DNA of 64,000 nucleotides from an uncultured Erysipelotrichaceae bacterium (GTDB lineage Bacteria; Bacillota_I; Bacilli_A; RF39; UBA660): NCBI GenBank assembly GCA_902793375.1, contig CADBDE010000001.1, positions 157,807 to 221,806 of the forward strand, read 5' to 3'. Shown piece by piece: positions 60,384 to 64,000 of this stretch (position 1 is its first letter; each line of letters starts with the position of its first letter). The notes under the pieces were generated by a model. It saw only the letters and a program-made list of their open reading frames with translations, ran no database searches and was not told where the DNA came from. The position numbers and the translations under genes were made by a program.

Positions 60384-60773
60384 ATGAAGAAATATTCAAA
60401 ATTATTTCTAGTTGCTATATTATTTGTATCAGTTTTATTAATTACTGGATGTGGTAGTAAAAAAGATGAAAAGAAAGAGGCTGCCGGAACATATCAAGGG
60501 AAATATACTAAACTAGTTGGAGATGATACAAAGAATACAGAAGAAGTGTTTTCATTAGTTCTTAACGAGGATGGAACTGGGAAACATAATCGTGATGGTG
60601 AAAGCTATAACGTAGAGTGGAGTATTGATGGTGAGAAATTCACTATGAAAGATAAATTTGGACCACTAACTATAGATTACACTGGAACACTTAAAGATGG
60701 AAAACTTCAAATATATAATGGCGATCCAACAAACGATTTTACATATGAATATAACTATGAAAAAACTAAATAA
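60384..60773 (+). CDS. Small lipoprotein (lipobox LITGC)
   Basis: Signal peptide MKKYSKLFLVAILFVSVLLITGCGSKK; AAGGAGG RBS; terminator follows. Confidence 0.65.
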   Translation: MKKYSKLFLVAILFVSVLLITGCGSKKDEKKEAAGTYQGKYTKLVGDDTKNTEEVFSLVLNEDGTGKHNRDGESYNVEWSIDGEKFTMKDKFGPLTIDYTGTLKDGKLQIYNGDPTNDFTYEYNYEKTK

Positions 60774-60785
60774 TTAATAAAAAAT

Positions 60786-60815
60786 GCAAAAAATGTAATT
60801 TTTTTGCTTTTTTTT
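60786..60815 (+). terminator. Rho-independent terminator (gcaaaaaa-tgtaa-ttttttgc + T-run)
   Basis: gcaaaaaatgtaatttttttgcttttttttgggg. Confidence 0.7.
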
Positions 60816-60875
60816 GGGGAAAAATTGAAAGAAAAGAAGTATTAATATAATGTAGCAATAATAAGGAGGGTTTTG

Positions 60876-62309
60876 ATGAAAAAGTTTTTGCTAATTATAT
60901 TAATATTTTTTTGTTGGAGTAATGTATATGCTAGTGAGAGAAGTTTTCGAGGAAGTGAGTATTTAGATAATATATACTACATGAAAGATAATGGAGTGAT
61001 AACTCAATACAAAAGAGGACAAGTAATAAGAGATACTGTAACTGGAGAAATTGCATATTGTATTGAACCATTTGGAGTTATTAAAGAAGGTAGTAACTAT
61101 TCTGAAACAGAATTATATGATAAGAGATTTGAAATAAATGAAGAAGTATGGGAAAAACTAAAGTTATATGCATATTATGGATATGGTTATAAAGATCATT
61201 TAGATAAAGATTGGATTTCAATAACTCAAGTAGCAATATGGAGAGCATTATATCCTAATTCATTGTTTTATTATATAGATAATACCACTACTGGAAATGT
61301 AATTCCAAAATATAATAATGAACTTGATGAAATAAACAATACTGTAAATAATTATTTAACTCTTCCCAGTTTTGAAAAAGAATATGTATATTCTGTTGAT
61401 GAAGATGTTATATTAAGTGATTTAAATGATGTATTAAAATTTTATACAATTGTGTATAGTGATTTTGAATCGAGTATTATTAATAATCAGTTAAAAATAA
61501 AAACAGGTAATGATGTTAAAGAAGGAAAAATAGTAATAAAAAGAGGAGAAGATTTATTTCCAAATTCTGTTAAATACTTTTATAGTGAAAGTAGTCAAAA
61601 TGTTATGGAAAGAGGAAATATTAATCCAATTAGTATGGAATTAAAGATATCTGTTAAAACAGGTAAAATAATTGTTAATAAAGAAGATAGCGAAACACAT
61701 GAAAAAGCTCAGGGAGAAGCAGAGTTAAATGGTGCTGTTTTTGAACTATTAAATGAAAAAGAAGAAGTAATAAAAGAATTAACAATTAATAACAATATTT
61801 TAGAATTTGATTTTCTTCCTTTTGGAAAATATTATATAAGAGAAAAAAAACCAGGTATTGGATATTATTTAAATAAAGAAAAATATGAGGTATTAATTAA
61901 TGAAAATAATTTGGAACAAAAAATAACTGTAAATAATGATGTAATAAAAAGTAATGTAAGAATTATTAAAAATTATGGAACTAAAGAAGATTTTGAAAAT
62001 AATGAAATGAAAAGAGAATTTAATATAATGTTTATTATTAACGATAAAAATGGTAATACTATTTTTACAGGAACAACAAACAAAGATGGAATAATTGAAA
62101 CTAAATTACCATATGGTAGTTATACACTTGAACAGATTAATACAACAAATGGTTTTGAAAAAATAGAAAATTTTAATTTTACTATTAATGAAGAAAATAG
62201 TATTGCTTATGATATAGTGTTAAATGATTTTAAAATAGAAGTTCCAAATGCATCAATTAGTTTAATTAAATCATTGTCAAGTATTTTAATGGAGTTAATA
62301 CATGTATAA
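60876..62309 (+). CDS. Secreted adhesin/pilin-like protein with an N-terminal thioester-domain (TED)-like module and two Cna-B-type domains; no canonical LPXTG at the C-terminus
   Basis: Signal peptide MKKFLLIILIFFCWSNVYA; TED-like Cys motif AYCIEP (tgt 61059-61061) and Gln motif ISITQVAIW (caa 61227-61229); Cna-B signatures LNGAVFELLNE...GKYYIREKKPGIGYYL and a second domain ...YGSYTLEQINTTNGF; AAGGAGGG RBS. Confidence 0.6.
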   Translation: MKKFLLIILIFFCWSNVYASERSFRGSEYLDNIYYMKDNGVITQYKRGQVIRDTVTGEIAYCIEPFGVIKEGSNYSETELYDKRFEINEEVWEKLKLYAYYGYGYKDHLDKDWISITQVAIWRALYPNSLFYYIDNTTTGNVIPKYNNELDEINNTVNNYLTLPSFEKEYVYSVDEDVILSDLNDVLKFYTIVYSDFESSIINNQLKIKTGNDVKEGKIVIKRGEDLFPNSVKYFYSESSQNVMERGNINPISMELKISVKTGKIIVNKEDSETHEKAQGEAELNGAVFELLNEKEEVIKELTINNNILEFDFLPFGKYYIREKKPGIGYYLNKEKYEVLINENNLEQKITVNNDVIKSNVRIIKNYGTKEDFENNEMKREFNIMFIINDKNGNTIFTGTTNKDGIIETKLPYGSYTLEQINTTNGFEKIENFNFTINEENSIAYDIVLNDFKIEVPNASISLIKSLSSILMELIHV

Positions 62310-62883
62310 GTTTTATACGTTTATAGTTATTTCTTGTATTTCTTCTTTCTTGGTTTATAATTTTAGCAATAAACAAGAAGTAGTAAAAGAAAAAATTAAG
62401 GAAGAAATAAAACAAGAAGAATCACTTAGTAATGATATTAAAGAGGACGTTAGTGATATAAAAAAAATATCTTTTGAAATAGAAGAAGAAAAAGAATTGT
62501 TTACATTAGAAATACCTAAAATAAAATTAAAACAAAATGTATATAATAAAAATAGTATATTAAATGATATTGAAAAAAATGTGATAATCATGAAAGAATC
62601 AAATTTACCTGATGAAGAAAATGGAATAGTTATAATTGGTGCACATTCTGGATATGGTAAATATGCATATTTTAAAAATCTAAATAAAATAGATATAAAT
62701 GATGAAATAATAATTCATTATAATAATAAAGATTATATTTATAAAGTAATTGAATATCATTTAGATTCAAAAGATGGAAGTATTTCTATAAATAATTTTA
62801 ATAAAAAAAATAAATTATTTTTATACACTTGTAATCCAAATGATAAAAATAATTATTTAGTTTATGATTGTGAAAGAGAATAA
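62302..62883 (+). CDS. Sortase (class B-like)
   Basis: N-terminal TM anchor; catalytic His in IIGAHSGYG, Cys in LFLYTCNPND, Arg near the C-terminus; overlaps the adhesin gene by 8 nt. Confidence 0.75.
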   Translation: MYKFYTFIVISCISSFLVYNFSNKQEVVKEKIKEEIKQEESLSNDIKEDVSDIKKISFEIEEEKELFTLEIPKIKLKQNVYNKNSILNDIEKNVIIMKESNLPDEENGIVIIGAHSGYGKYAYFKNLNKIDINDEIIIHYNNKDYIYKVIEYHLDSKDGSISINNFNKKNKLFLYTCNPNDKNNYLVYDCERE

Positions 62884-63666
62884 TTATTTAAAAAAATGTT
62901 TTTCAAGTAATTTTAAAACATAATATATTAAAAAAGATAGAATCCCTAAAACAAATACACTAGTAATTATAAGGTCAATATTGAATACTTGAGAACCATA
63001 CATTATTAGATAACCTAATCCTTTTTTTGATACTAATAATTCTCCCATAATAACTCCTATTAAAGACATACTTATATTTATTTTAAATGCATTAAATATA
63101 TTATTTAAGTTAGATGGAATTACTACCTTTCGAAATATTTGCATATTTGTAGCATTGAAACTTTTTAATAAAACAATATAATTATTGTTAGTGGATAAAA
63201 AGCAATTATATATATTAATAACACTTAGTATTAAAGAAATCATTAGTGCCATAACAATAATAGAATTTATACTTGCACCAACCCATATTATAATTAATGG
63301 GCCAAGAGCAACTTTTGGAAGAGAATTAATAACTGTTAAATATGGATCTAATATTTCTGCAGATGTTTTATTGAACCATAAAATAGATGCTATGATTAAT
63401 CCTAGAATAGATGCTATTAGAAAACTAACAATTGTTTCATAAAAAGTAATACCAATATGACTAAATAAATCTGTTTTACTGAGTTTTATTAAAGTATTAA
63501 AAACATTTTTTGGAGAAGAAAAAAGAAAAGTATTAATTATATTTAAATCAGATAGTAATTGCCAAATAATTAGGAAAGAGATTATTATTAACAATTGTAT
63601 TGCTATAATAAATCTTTTTCTTTTTTTTCTTTTTTTTAAATAAATTAAATGTTCTTTACTAAACAT
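62884..63666 (-). CDS. ABC transporter permease (NitT/TauT/SsuC-type binding-protein-dependent transport system inner-membrane component)
   Basis: 260 aa, 6 TM helices; an EAA-like loop region (ALGPLIIIWVGASINS...); convergent with the sortase gene. Confidence 0.75.
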   Translation of the reverse strand: MFSKEHLIYLKKRKKRKRFIIAIQLLIIISFLIIWQLLSDLNIINTFLFSSPKNVFNTLIKLSKTDLFSHIGITFYETIVSFLIASILGLIIASILWFNKTSAEILDPYLTVINSLPKVALGPLIIIWVGASINSIIVMALMISLILSVINIYNCFLSTNNNYIVLLKSFNATNMQIFRKVVIPSNLNNIFNAFKINISMSLIGVIMGELLVSKKGLGYLIMYGSQVFNIDLIITSVFVLGILSFLIYYVLKLLEKHFFK

Positions 63667-64000
63667 TAATATCTATTTCCTTCCATATTTCATTATAATA
63701 TTTTTCAAATTCTTTTTCTTTTCTATTTTCTACTGGAGTTTTTCTCTTTTCATATTTTATATCATATATTTTTTTTACCTTAGATGGTCTTTTAGACAAT
63801 ACAATTATTCTATCTGACATACTTATAGCTTCAGCTACATCGTGTGTAACCATTATTACAGTTTTTTTCTCTTCTTTTATTATTCTATATAAATCATTAG
63901 ATAATGCTAATCTGGTTTGATAATCAAGTGCAGAAAGTGGTTCATCTAAAAGTAACAAATCTGGATCAATAGCAAGAGTTCTAATAAGAGCAATTCTTTG
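63659..64000 (-). CDS. ABC transporter ATP-binding protein (NitT/TauT family), C-terminal part; its N-terminus lies beyond the window end
   Basis: Reading the minus strand to nt 64000 gives ...QRIALIRTLAIDPDLLLLDEPLSALD...IMVTHDVAEAI with intact signature, Walker B and H-loop; overlaps the permease start by 8 nt. Confidence 0.8.
   Translation of the reverse strand, partial: QRIALIRTLAIDPDLLLLDEPLSALDYQTRLALSNDLYRIIKEEKKTVIMVTHDVAEAISMSDRIIVLSKRPSKVKKIYDIKYEKRKTPVENRKEKEFEKYYNEIWKEIDINV

Overview
This is a very AT-rich (~27-28% GC) window from a low-GC Gram-positive, spore-former-like genome; its Bacillus-like rpsK-rpoA junction without rpsD, the absent L30 and frequent TTG starts suggest a Clostridia- or Erysipelotrichia-like lineage. 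Nearly all genes are on the + strand. From the start: a partial ABC exporter with a dead nucleotide-binding domain (NBD), mrnC, rlmB and sigH (no yacP), a tail-anchored unknown, and whiA convergent with clpP. Next comes a fragmented glycolytic cluster: udk-like kinase, gap (own terminator), pgk (own promoter), a flippase-like membrane protein plus a GT4 glycolipid synthase, and tpiA. A roughly 9 kb insertion follows: spo0A with a perfect 0A box upstream, a co-transcribed acidic unknown, then a five-gene membrane operon (substrate-binding-protein (SBP)-like domain fused to a vWA domain, XpaC-like protein, SBP-like lipoprotein, TelA-like protein, CbxX/SpoVK-type AAA+ ATPase), a DUF4143 AAA ATPase, and gpmI. 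Downstream are an HExxH-motif unknown, a 2557-aa cyclic beta-1,2-glucan-synthase-like giant protein (GT84-like plus GH94-like) whose end overlaps a short pgi, an SPFH protein, and a decayed ISL3-family IS that displaces the usual upstream context of the S10 operon. The S10-spc-alpha ribosomal-protein block is complete from rpsJ to rplQ, with rpmJ present, rpmD absent and long acidic or basic tails on L3 and S3. After rplQ: a membrane unknown, an SDR, a small PPTase, catalytically degenerate ecfA1/ecfA2/ecfT-like genes in their conserved position before truA, two tandem paralogous unknowns, an L13-leader-like promoter and leader with rplM-rpsI, an accessory cluster of unknowns including a rhodanese-like membrane protein and a lipoprotein, a thioester-domain plus Cna-B adhesin with its own sortase, and convergent ABC permease and ATPase genes at the window end. 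I found no rRNA, tRNA or CRISPR. The most interesting candidates are the TelA/XpaC/vWA/SBP/AAA+ operon co-inserted with spo0A into the glycolytic cluster, the pseudo-ATPase ECF module, the Cgs-like giant gene overlapping pgi, and the thioester adhesin with sortase.
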